Shown one piece after another: positions 38,330 through 50,813 of a stretch of 64,000 nucleotides of DNA. Both the position numbers and the translations under genes were made by a program. The stretch is from Lophium mytilinum. Taxonomy: Eukaryota. Within the stretch, counting starts at the first letter, position 1. Every line of letters begins with the position of its first letter. The stretch is taken from NCBI GenBank assembly GCA_010093605.1, contig MU004193.1, positions 186,001-250,000 on the forward strand, read 5' to 3'. Under the pieces are notes generated by a model. That model did no database searches. It was not told the origin of the DNA and worked only from the letters and a program-made list of their open reading frames with translations.

Positions 38330-40130
38330 TCAAGTCCGCTTCCTCCGCATCTGAATCTTTGTGTCATGGTTAGGAACCATCTGCTCCTCTGCCATCACAT
38401 TCGCTGGTCTACCTTTCTGCCCCGCCACATACTTGAAGTCATAGGTCATCAGCAAGTGTACCATAATCATTTTGACTTCATGTGATGCAAAAAATCGCCC
38501 TGGGCAAGCATGTCGCCCGTACCCAAAAGCCATATTCTCCAGGTTTGCTGCCGCCCATTGCGTACGACCAACAGCCGAAGGGTCGTTTACCACTGCAGCG
38601 CGGACTTTCTCATGGCGATAGCCGTCGAATACTTCGGGGTCAGGATAGAGGTCTGGGTCCATGGCGCTGGCTTGAGAAGGGAAGCCGACTTGCGTGCCTG
38701 CCGGTATGGTGAAGCCGTCTGAGAGAGTCCAGCCTTTATGAACGATACGCTGAAAGGTGACTATCCCAAATCAGTTACTCGGCCCATTTCAACAATACAC
38801 GTATCTTACCAACGAGCAGGGGATTAAAACGAGAGCTCTCTTTCATGAATGAGTCAAGCTTTTGCAGCTTCCCGAGCGCACGTTTATCTAGTACTTTGTG
38901 CTGCGCAAGGACCTCCTCCATTTCGGCCCGAAGCGAAGGTATGTACTCCGGATAGTCGCACAGATCGTACACCAGCTGAACTGGAGTAGCTGCACTGGTA
39001 TGAGTCGTTGCAAAGCTGAGCTTAAGTAGGATGTCTGCCATATAAATAAAATCCTGTTCCTCGCCCTTCGCATCATCAGCCATCCATTGAAGGAAATCAT
39101 TGGCTGCATCCCGTTTCTCTCTTCGGGATTCGAGTATTGGTACCACTGCATTACGAGTGACTTCGTAGTGCCGAGGGATGCGACGTGCTTCCGAGAGCAT
39201 TGGCCCAAAGATAGGTTTGAGGATATCAGGGTATGCTTTGATCTTCTGCGAGCCGGTGAAGCCATCTGTGGCAAAGTCAAGAGTGGCTTGAAGCCACCCT
39301 CCGTGGCTGGCGAGAGCTTTACCACCGAGCATGCGGCTTGCCGCACGAGTAGTGATCCAATGGAGCTTTGGGCCAATTCGGACTTCCGTCCAGTCTAAAC
39401 CAATTAGCTTCAGTCGATGTGACATGGAGGGTTAGAAGGCAGTACTTTCGGTAACCGGGATTTCGTCGTTGAAAGCATTTACGACTTCATCGTTGACTGG
39501 CTGTAACACGGTTTCTGGTCAAGTCAGCTTCGACTTTCATGCTTTCCCCTTTGTGAGAAATTCTCGAAATACCCATATACTGATTCAGTTGCAGTCTCGC
39601 CACTCGGGGGTGCAGAGTTGCTCTGCTACCCATCGTAGTGTACTTCCCTTCGAACATCTACCATACAATTAGCATTTGCTCGTTCGCGATGCCTGCTACC
39701 TACTCTGAAGAAAGTTCCCACAAAGTCAACCTCATCAACCGCCGCAGTCTTAAGTTCCTCGACATATTTCGGGGGGAGCATGAGAAGCTCGCCGAGGGGA
39801 CTCGGTACATAAAATGGTTTTCCCTTATACTTCAGCCAGTCAGCGTTATTTGAACGGCCCACGACTCGTGCATGTCATCGATACCTTCCGGTAGCCTTCT
39901 AGCAGCATCTTTTGGGCCTCCTGGCGGAATCTTTGTCTCGCATTCTTGATGCTTTCTCCCGGAGCTACCGCCGCGATGGGGACCGAGGGATTCTTCAGCA
40001 CTCGTCCCTGGAACCCGAATCTCAACAGTGGGATTGCTATCAAGAGAAGGATCAGCCATGTCGAATACTTCGTGAACGGTACGACCCAAAAATCCAGGTT
40101 GCCAGGGGACTGTATGTCGACAATTGCCAT
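38330..40130 (-). CDS. Cytochrome P450, terpenoid-oxidase type (CYP503/CYP68/CYP512-like), multi-exon
   Basis: TM anchor, MLLEGYRK, LMLPPKYVEELK, NDFLQWM, LSFATTHTS, LDSFMKESSR, PEVFDGYR, FGYGRHACPGRFFA. Confidence 0.9.
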
Positions 40131-40574
40131 CTTGTGTCAATTTGAAAGCTGCAGTGCACGTGGATGGCTAGTTGCTGGTCTAAGTATGTAGGCTCCTACG
40201 CCTTGGAAACCCCTTAGATTCCCGGACGGTTCCGGGATTTCGTACGTCCACTCGATTAAGGGTCTGTAGGCAGTAGGCAGCGGCTCGTTTCTTACTGCCT
40301 AGCAAGTCTAATACCACCGCGTTGATCAAAATATGCTGCGGAAGAGTCGGGTAGACTAGAGCTTGCCATTGGTATTGCATCCGTTACACGACATTGTCAG
40401 CCTTCGGGACTTGCTTGGAAGGGCAATTTCCGCAAGATCTTACTGTCACTAGTGCATTCACAGTCGAAAAGAGAACAACACAAGTTCTCTCAAATCATCA
40501 CTCGTTAGTATTGTCTGGAGAAAACTGCTCTTCGTTGATATTCCAGCGAGAATCGACGCTGCGTAGTAGCACTC

Positions 40575-42463
40575 ATGACCTCAAATCTCATCTCGCAGAT
40601 CTATTTTCGATGGAAGTCAGAGGTTCAACCACTTCTAACGTCGGCCAACCTATTGGAAGTAGCTGCTGGTGTCCTCGTTCTAGTAAGCTATGGCAGGAGG
40701 ACTCAATGCACGCCACACTAAATTCCACGCGCAGTCCCTGTTATTTGCCAGTATACGAGGAGTCAAGAACGCCTACTTTCATCCCCTTTCGATATTCCCC
40801 GGACCAAAGTATGCGGCCGTCAGTAACGTGAGTAAAGTGAAGTTTCTCAAAGTTAAAAACCCACTACACCATTTGCCCCCGCAGTCGCTCACAATAGGCC
40901 ACAGTTTTGGTACTGTTGGCGCTTCCTTGGTGGAAGGCAGCCCTACCATATCCTTTCGCTGCACAAAAGATACGGTCAGTATACTACGAATCAGACTTGA
41001 AAGCGATTTGCGTGATTCATGACATTCGTTTCAGGTCCCGTAGTTCGCATCGCGCCGAACGAACTATCTTTCAACACGGCACAGTCGTACCGTGATATCT
41101 ACGATTTTCGGCCTGGGAAGCGATGTTTCGTCAAGTCAGATTTCTACGAGGGAGGTACATTCGCGGACCAGTGTGGGTCTATTGTCTCCGAGCGCGATCC
41201 CGAGAAGCATGGGCAGATGCGGCGGTACCTTTCGCATGCCTTTTCGCAACGAAGCCTACTCGAGCAGGAATCGCTGGTCGCCAGGGTGATTAATGATTTC
41301 ATGGATCAACTAGAAAAGCAGGCAGCAACGGGGCAAGAGGTCGATTTGACAAAATGGTTCAATATGATGACATTTGATATCATTGGGGACTTGGCTTTTG
41401 GGGAGACCTTTCATGGTATTGAGTCCGGTGAGTCTCCTTATCGCGCCGGCAGAGACGGTATCAGCTGACAATAAAATCAAAGGGGAGATCCATCCCTGGA
41501 TCGCTCGTATCACCGGTGCTATGACGCAAGGCGCCCTCGCAGATACTTTCAAACGATTCCCCGCCGTCGCCAGAGTTGTAACGACGCTGATGTCGGGCGC
41601 GGTGAAAAAGCTCGTTTTAGACTGCAAGCTCAACGAACAACTTTCCCTCGACCTTGTAAAAAAGCGTATGGCGAAGAAGTCGGACCGCAAAGACTTTCTC
41701 ACGCGCATCTTGGAGCATCGTAATGAGCACGGTATTTCCGACGTGCAGATCGCGGCGCACTGCGCGGACTTTGTAACAGCAGGGAGCGAGACTACAGCAA
41801 CGGCATTGTCGTGTGTTACATATTATCTGCTGAAAAGTCCCGAGATTGAGAAGAAGATGAGGGAGGAGATTCGAGGTGCATTCCATTCCTACGAGGATAT
41901 CAACGCTGCATCGACGACGCCTTTGACATACCTGAACGCCGTGTGTCTTGAGGGCCTCCGGATATATCCACCACTCCCAATTGCCCTACCACGAGTTGTA
42001 CCTGAGGATGGGAGTACTGTCGATGGTCACTTCGTGCCCGCAGGAGTACGTTTTCTCCCTAGTCAACGATCGACCATCAAATAATCCAACAATCCTAGGT
42101 TACAGTATCTACGAGCCCAGTCGCAGCGTCCCTAGACCCAGCGAACTTCTCAAACCCGTTGAGTTTCAAGCCAGAACGATGGCTCGATGAAAACAAAAGT
42201 GATGTTCTAGACGCAAGCCAGCCTTTCTCAACAGGACCGCGTGGGTGTCTTGGTCGAAGGTAGGGTATCGTGTTCCTTGCTTCTGGATGTTCTAACGAAT
42301 GGCTAGTCTCGGTTGGATGGAGTTGAGAACGACACTTGCGAAGCTGTATTACAAATTTGACCTTGAGGCACTCAACCCCGATTTAGACTGGCAAGGCCGA
42401 TCGAAGATGCATACGCTGTGGCAGAAGCCGTCGCTGCCTGTGCGTATTAGGAAGAGAGAGTAG
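40575..42463 (+). CDS. Cytochrome P450, CYP65/Tri11-like, ~7 exons
   Basis: MTSNLISQ..; YFHPLSIFPGP, GPVVRIAPNELSF, TFDIIGDLAFGE, AGSETT, EGLRIYPP, FKPERW, FSTGPRGCLGR; stop at 42461-42463. Confidence 0.9.
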
Positions 42464-43059
42464 TGTCGCAAGCTTAGATATCGATGATGCTCTTGCTGAC
42501 TTTCTACTTAGAGGCTATCAGAAATTCGAGAGGGATGTCGGACATGGTCCAGGAGCTCCCCTGCTCTCGAAAAGGGTGGGTTTAGATGAAGGACGAAACT
42601 AAGCTACGCAATCTATACATCATTCCGAGTTGGATCATGTGGTCGTCGGTGCTCTTGTAGTCAGTGCTCTTTGAATCTATCTAGCTATTTGCGGGATGGC
42701 TGTGCAATGACTAGTCTGTGCAAACTATGTTGTCGCTGCATAAAGCACTTTACAACGTCTTCAGAGATAATAACAAGCTCTCACTATGGGCGCTGGGGAA
42801 GTTTGAACGTACTATAGCATGAAGGACTAAGCAGTCAGTACCACCTAGATACATGATCGATCCCCGAAGTAGCAATTCCCGAGCCAAAGCACACTGCAGG
42901 CCATGCTTACACTCATAGGTCAAGGTGCGCCATAGGCAATCCATATCCATCTCGAAAGTATCCCTCCTCAGAAAGGTTGAAATTGAAGGCCAAACTCGAT
43001 CTCACAGACTGTCTTCGACCTCGTTACCTGCCATTTCCCCAAATAACCTCAAATCTGAG

Positions 43060-44098
43060 ATGTCTTCACTTCACATCGACGAGACATCCATTCCGAATCT
43101 CACTGGAAAAGTAGCCTTGATTACCGGTTAGCTGTCTCTACTGCTCCTTGGTATGCGGATGAAGGTGATTGACTAACAGCAATGCAGGTGGTGCCTCAGG
43201 CATAGGCTTCGCAGCTGCTTCCATCCTGAACGCCCACGGCGCGACAGTCCATATCTTAGACAGAAATCCTCCATCGTCCACTTCCTCTGTGCCCTCCATC
43301 AGGGGCGCATTGCCTCACGACATGCGCTTCCACGAATGCGACGTCACAGACTGGCAGCGGCTACGAGGCGTCTTTGCGATTGTGGGGCACGTAGATTATG
43401 TGTTCGCCAATGCAGGAGTGTCTGAAACGGAAGAGTTCCTGGCAGACAATTTTGAAGAAGACGGAGGTTCGGAGACGCAAGATGGACGAATACATCATCT
43501 CCGAGAGCCCGGCTACGCAATCATCAACACAAACTTGCGAGCCGTGCTCAACGCGATAAAATTGGCCCACTACGCTATGAAGCGCGATGGCACAGGGGGA
43601 TCAATCGTGATAACGGCGTCTGCCACGGCCTACTCGCCTGAACAGTCACTGCCGGTCTACAGCGCACTTAAGCTCGCCATAGTGGGTCTCGTTCGCTCCC
43701 TCCGCCACAATTTATCCCAGGACAACATCACTATCAACGCTGTCGCGCCTGCTGTCACTGAGACCGCCCTTGTATCTCCGCAATTTTTAGGGCCGATCAA
43801 GGCGGCAGGCTTGCCCACAAGTACGGCACGGCATGTCGGGCTGGCATTGGTGTACTCCGCAGTTGCGCGTGAGGCGCGGAAAGTTGAGGTTTATGGGAAG
43901 GAGCCAAGCAGCCATATCACAAGGGAGGGTCCATGGAATGGTAGAGTAATTTTCACCTTGGGGGATTCCTACACGGAGTTGGAGGAGCCACTTGCGGATC
44001 TCCGGCCGCAGTGGATGGGCGAAGAAAACACCAGATTGACGAGGATGCAGCAATTTGCGACAGATTCCAGATCTATAGATTTCACCAAGTACGATTAA
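43060..44098 (+). CDS. Short-chain dehydrogenase/reductase, 2 exons
   Basis: GKVALITG|GASGIG, CDVT, VFANAGV, catalytic YSALK, INAVAP. Confidence 0.9.
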
Positions 44099-44218
44099 CG
44101 AGCTATGCGGAAAAGAAAAATAGAAATCCAGCACCCAACACCTAATCTATCCTCTTGCAGCCCACAAAACCCACAGATGGTACAAATCACATAACATAAT
44201 CTCTCAAAACCTTCACAC

Positions 44219-45866
44219 TCACTTCCCCAACTTGAATCCACCAGGCATCAAGTCCTGGAACACACCATCCGGGTCGTATTTCTTCCTGATTTGCTTCATC
44301 TTTTGCAAACTCTTGCCTTTCCCATAAAGCGGGAAAGGCTCTTCTCCGGCAGCAGCATCATTCAGATAGATAAATGGATAGTACAGACCCACAGCCTTAG
44401 CCTTGTCTTGAAGTTCCTGGAGAACATTTTTCGCCCAGCGTGCGACTTTGTCGTCATCGGCAGCTTTGGACCATCGTGTATACAAATTCAATACTAAAGG
44501 GGGATTAGTGGTAGCTTCATAACGCTAACACGAATGGAAGGGATCATTACCAATAATGCTACCATCAGCGGGATCGAGGTCAATAGCATCCCCCCCGGCT
44601 TTCTTGGCCGCTTCAAACCAGCCCTTCGAGAGTGGCTGCATGTTGAATGCTATCTGAGCGCCGGGAACCTTTGCTAAGCTTTTCTGGACTTCGGGTACGA
44701 CGGTAGTGTTGATCAGTCTAACCGTTTCTGCGGAAGCCTTGAAACTCGTGCAGTGAAAGGCATTGCTAACAATGTTTAGTGCTTGACGTCTCAGATGTCT
44801 CGCATGGGAAAGGTAAATCTTACCGATAATTGCCACCCTGGCCAGATGCAGCGCCTTCTGCAACGAAGTCCGCAAAAGCACGTTCCTTTACAGTGCTCGC
44901 CACTGCTCCTTCAGAGAAATTTCGAAGCGATCTACCGTTCTCCGCGTCGAATCCAAGAACGATAGCAGTCCGGTTCCCAGATACCGGATCAACGTAGTAG
45001 ATGGGGCTAAGGGCGAGCTTGCCATTGTCTATGCCGCCTCCAGGTGACACCCAAGACTCAGTCGCCACCAGAGCATCCTCAACCGTAGAGGTGCCGTATT
45101 CGAATGTTCCAGCTGAAACTTTGCCTCCAGAATGCGTCTGGACGTCGAAGCGAGTGACGATACCGAAGTTACTGCCGCCGCCCTTGAGAGCCCAGAACAA
45201 ATCCGAGTTTGAAGAAGCATTAACATTCACAATCTTGCCGTTACCATTGACCAACTCATAGTTAATTACGTTGTTGGCTGCCCACCCATACTGGCCGCCG
45301 AAATAGCTTATCCCGCCCCCGAGGAGGAGTCCCGAGACACCTACAGGTGCGTAGCGGCCGCCGACAATGACACGGTTGTACGGCTGGATCCAGTTGTATA
45401 CCTCCAGCCACGAGCGGCCAGGTGTGAGGCTCGCAACTTTGAGGTCGGAGGAAATGCTCAGGCTGTTGAGCTTCGTGAGAGCGATTAGTACGCCGTCGTT
45501 TATTGAGGCTGCGCCTTTGACTGTCATATGGCCATGGCCCCGAACAGCGAACTGCGTCTTGGACTGCTTAAGGATCGGGATAGCTGCTGCGACATCCTTT
45601 GAATTTCGTGGGGTAAAGACACAGGTCGGGTGCAAGACCTCCTCTTGGGAGTAGTAGCCTGTGGGAGCTCGTTAGCACTGGTAAGTCATTGTTATAAGGG
45701 GAAAGCGCTATGTACTTGTAGTTTCTGTTTCGTATAGAGAAGAATTGGGGTAGGATATCAGTTGGGGAAATTTGGATTCCAGGCGTTCGCAGCCGTTGTC
45801 TTGATCGTGAGCCAACGAAGGAGTGACAGATAGGAGGAAAAGAAAAAGGGTTGAAAGGCCAATCAT
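44219..45866 (-). CDS. Secreted FAD-linked oxidoreductase (VAO/BBE-type), multi-exon
   Basis: Signal peptide MIGLSTLFLFLLSVTPSLA; FAVRGHGH, VGVSGLLLGGG, DLFWALKGGGSNFGIVT, YLNDA, KYDPDGVF. Confidence 0.9.
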
Positions 45867-47159
45867 TGTTTTAGCGATGGGAAGTTTACGTCATGGAAAT
45901 CAATGCCTAGGTTGAAGAAAGGACTGAAATCTGGTCAAAAGGAGCAAGATATGGAGAAGGAAAAGCTCGTAGAGAGAGCATGATCATATTTTCTGCCTTT
46001 GAAGGAGTGTTATATACTCAATTCTAGGAGAACAAAGAGGAACTCAAAAGGTGGCTGACGGGGAGGCCGACACAGGCTGAGTGAATAGGACCGAATGTAG
46101 AGAAGCCAAAGCCATGAAGGCTTCGTAGGATCGCCAGGATACGTACGATGTCGCGGTCCAGAGCCATACAAAGGATGAAAAGGGGGCGGAATCATGTCCG
46201 TGAGTGCTTTGTCTCTTACGGATATAGAAAGGGGCTGAAACTCGAGAGCATGATACTCAGCCTCTTCTTACAGCCGATTGCCATTCACCGGAGCGGCAGT
46301 GCTGGAGTCATACGTGGATAGTACCAACGGATGATCAATGCTGTCGCAAATTGAGTATACATGAATCGACATAGTGAAGGTATATGCCAGTTTTCGTCTC
46401 AAAAAGCTTCCGCCAGGACTGATCTCTTTTGCGAGTGCTAGTTGCCGTTGTCAAAGGATTAGGCAGGAGATTTCAATTCTCGAAAGTGCCTGCCTTTCAC
46501 TGCAATCAACACTGCTCTCATCCTTCAGGCTGTGGCGGCAGCCACACGCCGAGTGCTGAACGCCACTCGGGCAGCATTAGACGCTAGATAACATATACCA
46601 CGGATCGCGTGGTGGAATTAATGATAAGATGATAGAGTTTGAGGCCGAATAGTAAGCTTGGGGCCAGAATTTTGGGCTTCGGATTCCTCTGATTGGAGGA
46701 CAGATTATTTGGAACACTAGAAGGCGGCTCGAGTGACCAATGACTAGTTTACAAAATAGACTCATCGGCAAAGAAACGCGCTCATCCTTCCAATTCGTTG
46801 TATTCGATGTATGATATTCCTATAGACGCAGAGGGCCAAGAACCGCTAGGTCACGGACTGTCTCTAAACACCTACAGCCCCGGAGCGGCGTCAACAGTCA
46901 GACAACCACAGGACATTGGGCCCCGAGTACAGTCTCGGGTATTACTAGAAGAGGTAATACTAAGCGTGTTGACTTGTGAAGCTACTGGCGCCACCGGAGA
47001 TGAGATTTCTGACCGTGGTACAGTGCTTAGTGAGACAGTCCACGGAGCCCAGTCTGCCAGCTGACTTCCCTTTTTGTATTTATTATTGACTACAGGCGAA
47101 TGACGGGATGTTTGAAACAAAGGTCAACCAGCTACTTCGTATTCGTTTCTTCACACGAA

Positions 47160-48343
47160 ATGACTGCCGTACAGGACCCTAGCATTTTGAACACGGACAC
47201 GGCGACGGACCTTTACCCGAGTCTCTTCACGTCGGTATGCCATCCTAACGTCAACGAGGCTGTGCGTGATGTCGACGGCTGGTTCCTCGATAACTGGAAG
47301 TTCCCGGACCAGAAATCGCGGAAGAAGTTCGTCGCCGCTGGCTTCTCGCGTGTAACGTGTTTGTATTTTCCAAAGGCGCTCGAATCACGCATACGATCGG
47401 CATGCAAGCTGCTTACCATCCTGTTCTTGGTTGATGGTGAGTGAAAACATCCTTGAAGCGGTTTGAAAGAATGAACATTCACATCAGCAGATCAACTCGA
47501 GTATATGTCGCTCCAAGACGGCAAGGACTACAATGAGAGTTTGATGCCGTTTTGCACAGGTAACGTCCAGCCAAACCAAGACGACCCTGTGCAGTGGATG
47601 ATGTATGAAATCTGGGAGGAGATGCGGGCGCTGGATAGGCAGCTCGCTGAGGACGTGGTGCAACCTGTCTTTCTCTTCATGCGTGCCCAGACGTCCAAAG
47701 AGAGGTTGTCGATCACGAGGCTGCATCAGTATTTCCAGTACCGGCAAGGAGATGTAGGTCAGGCGTAAGTCCCCACGCTGTCGAGATGGCTGAAGTTGAG
47801 CTAATGACCCATAGATTATTGGCCGCCCTTATGCGCTTCTCATATGACTTGCACCTCTCGCGAATGGAGGTCGACTTCGTGGCAGACATTGAGAAGAACT
47901 GTGGAAAGCACATCTCGCTCGTGAACGACATCTACAGCTACGAGAAAGAGAAGCTCATCTCCGAGCAAGAAACATCGGAAGGGGCAATACTTTGCAATGC
48001 CGTTCAGATCTTGGCTGACCAAGTGCAAGTGTCGATCGAAGTTAGCAAGAATCTCCTTTGGGTCATGGTAAGAGAGTATGAGTTTGTTCACAGGGATCTT
48101 GTCGACGGGAAGAACGCTCTCTTCCCTGGCTTGGTTCTGAAAGGCGATTTGCGGCACTATGTGGATGGGCTGCAGTATCAGATGAGCGGGAATGAGCTAT
48201 GGAGCAAGACGACGAATCGATACCGGCAGGCGGCAGCGGATTTGAAAACGCAGAAGAAAGGTACCGACATCCCTGGCTCCAATGGGACGAGGCCCTCGGA
48301 GGCTGAGGTGCATAGGCTAGAAAATGGCGATTCACTAATTTAA
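47160..48343 (+). CDS. ari1: Aristolochene synthase-like sesquiterpene cyclase (exons 47160-47436, 47491-47764, 47815-48343)
   Basis: Spliced DDQLE and NDIYSYEKE metal-binding motifs, YRQGDVG, terminal WSKTTNRY; KKFVAAGFSRVTCLYFPKAL, VFLFMRAQT, LLAALMRFS, YQMSGNELWS match recalled Aspergillus terreus/Penicillium roqueforti aristolochene synthases. Splicing keeps frame. Confidence 0.9.
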
Positions 48344-49123
48344 GTGAAGTTGATCAATATCTCAAGACTAGAAATGCAGTAGATACGTATCCTCATCATT
48401 GCAGTATGGCATACACGATCTACGCTCAGTTTCTGGCTTCGCTGCTTTCTATATCACTGTGTATTCTTATCTCTTCCTCATAGCTTGGAATATGCTATGG
48501 TCTAGTTAGTATGGTCCTTTGATGGCTTGGGAAGGTGTCAAAGATGGAAGCACGTACTTTAGACTTCGAAATGTTATATGCCAAAGTCCAGGGCTACTTC
48601 TTACCTATTATGCTTCCTCCATGTTAGTCAAGCCTGCAGATGCCATTGCTGAGACAAAGAAACAGGACCCTCTGTGAAAACCGGATGCATGATCATTACC
48701 AGTCCCAACATCCGTCCAGAATTGGATGTGCCCTCGCTTGCACATTGGGAAGGAGTTCAATGTAGTTGAATGGGAAACTAAATCCTGCTTAATAACAGCG
48801 ATGAAGTAAATTAAGCAAAGAGATTGATACTGAACAGGAGACGAGGTATTGAAGCTTCAGACGGATACTAATAAGCTCTCTTCGACGTCGGTCAGATATC
48901 ACGGGCTATTAACTAACACAAGAGGTCTTCGATGCTTTTGAAAGGCGTCACGAGATGTAAACTACCTATCTTGTTAAGAGAGTAAACATTTAAGCTCGTG
49001 AGACCCTGTAGAATTCATGCTAGCTGATCGCTGCCATTGTGCAGCTTTCATTCATCTCCTCATGAAGTCAAACGCCCACACTCCGTTCGAACCCCGGGAA
49101 TGTGCCGGCCAGGATGAACTCCT

Positions 49124-50271
49124 TCAATGGCCGAACTTCTCGCCGACGAGCTTCTCGCTCACAGCCCAGAGCTTGAGCACTTCGTCCTTGTCGGTTGCGT
49201 ACGGAAGCGGTTCGATGATATTGCATTCCTTGAGGAACGCGGGGCTCTTAGCCTTAAGGCTCGGATCAAGGGCAGCCATCAATGCCGTTGCGACAGACTG
49301 TTGCATGGAGACCGGCACAGTCGGAGGGATTTCCTTACCTTCCGCTGCGAACTTCGCCGTTCGCGAGCCAGAGAGCTTGAAACCCTCACCGAGGAACTCT
49401 GGGTCGACGACGCTGTTGGCGAGAAGCTGACTCTCGGTAGCCACTACAAGACTAGTTAGTAATGTAAGTGAATCATCTTCGAAACAAGCTTACTTCCGGG
49501 GTCCGTAACGAAGCTGGAGAATTTGTCGCCGTAGCGAGCAGCGAGCCCATACGTGAAAAGAACGTTAGCGGTCTTAGAACGGCCATACGCAACCCAGGCT
49601 GCATAGTCCTTCCCATCCTAATCAAGGAGTTAATTCCTTCCAATGGGTTCGGAATGGGGTTCACACGGGGTACGTACATTGAAGTTCGGATCCTCGGTAT
49701 TCACTTCTGCAAGCGTGTACGCCATGCTGCTCACGTTGATCACCACCCCATTGACTTTAGCCAGATTGTCGACAAGCAAATTCGTGAGAAGGAAATGCCC
49801 AAGGTGATTCGCAGCAAAGTGAATCTCCACGCCGTCCTTGCTCAGGCCGAATTGCTGCCGCGCCATGACCCCGGCGTTGTTGATGAGTACGTCAATGCCC
49901 TGGACCGCGGCTTTGATTTTCTCCGCTGCAGCGCGCACAGATGTGTTCTCAAGCAGGTCCAATTCGACGAAGGTGAGCTTGACGTTGGGATTGATAGCCT
50001 GAATCTTTTTCATCACGGGCGTGATTTTGGCCTCATTGCGGCCAGCGAGAATGAAGTGAGCGGGCTCTACAGCGGCAAGCGTGGTGAGAAGCTCTGCACC
50101 AATACCTCCATCACTGGGTCCGGTGACGAGAACTGCGATACTGTTAGGGAAACAATAGAGGGAGGAGCGGGCCAAGGCTAGTTTGGTGAACTTACACGTC
50201 TTGCCTTTTGCATTTCCACCGTACTCGGCGATGATATCCTTGCCGGTTGTCTCGATGTTGTGGACGGCCAT
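49124..50271 (-). CDS. Short-chain dehydrogenase/reductase (retinol dehydrogenase/WWOX-like), multi-exon
   Basis: LVTGPSDGGIG, IDVLINNAGVM, HFAANHLGHFLLTNLL, INVSS, spliced YGRSK, KLWAVSEKLVGEKF. Confidence 0.88.
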
Positions 50272-50813
50272 GATGAGGCGATGTGATTGTTGGATTGGGT
50301 GTGAGAGTTGAAGAGGGAATGGGGAGTGGAGCAGAGGTTGATGTGTTCAGGGCAAGATGTAGCCACGGTTTTGAAGAAACGGCAACTCGATCCACCAGCT
50401 TGCAGGTTTGTGAATGCGAAGGTTGTGCAACCCCGGACCAAAATAGAATGAATATCTTGGAGTGTTTTGAAACGGGAGAGAAGGCATAGCTAAGCTGTGG
50501 GAAGGCACGATCGACTGCTCCGCACTTCGTCCGCCGAGCGTTGTTCCGGCTGGGCGGCACCAAAGAAAGACGGTTACACGGTTACAAATGAAATACACAG
50601 GAGCAAGCAAGCACGGCCGTATTAAGTCGTGCAAAGAAGTAAAGTCTGACTCTGACCGTAACTAGCAATATCCGACCACATCTAGCCTCATACCACTTGT
50701 GCCGACGTGCAGCTATCAAGCATCCACAGCCTCACTCTGCAGGCCCACACTTCCACTTCTCACTCAATCAAAAGTCAAAGCGGGCCATAGCACGCTCGAA
50801 TGATCATATCGAT

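Noticed and set aside
38985..39025. P450 I-helix ATTHTS lacking the acidic residue, as a sign of inactivity
   Set aside because: His at this position (AAIHTT-type) is normal for this terpenoid-oxidising P450 group; ExxR and heme Cys are intact.
49468..50181. 237-aa plus-strand ORF
   Set aside because: Antisense shadow of the SDR gene; long antisense ORFs are common opposite SDR genes.
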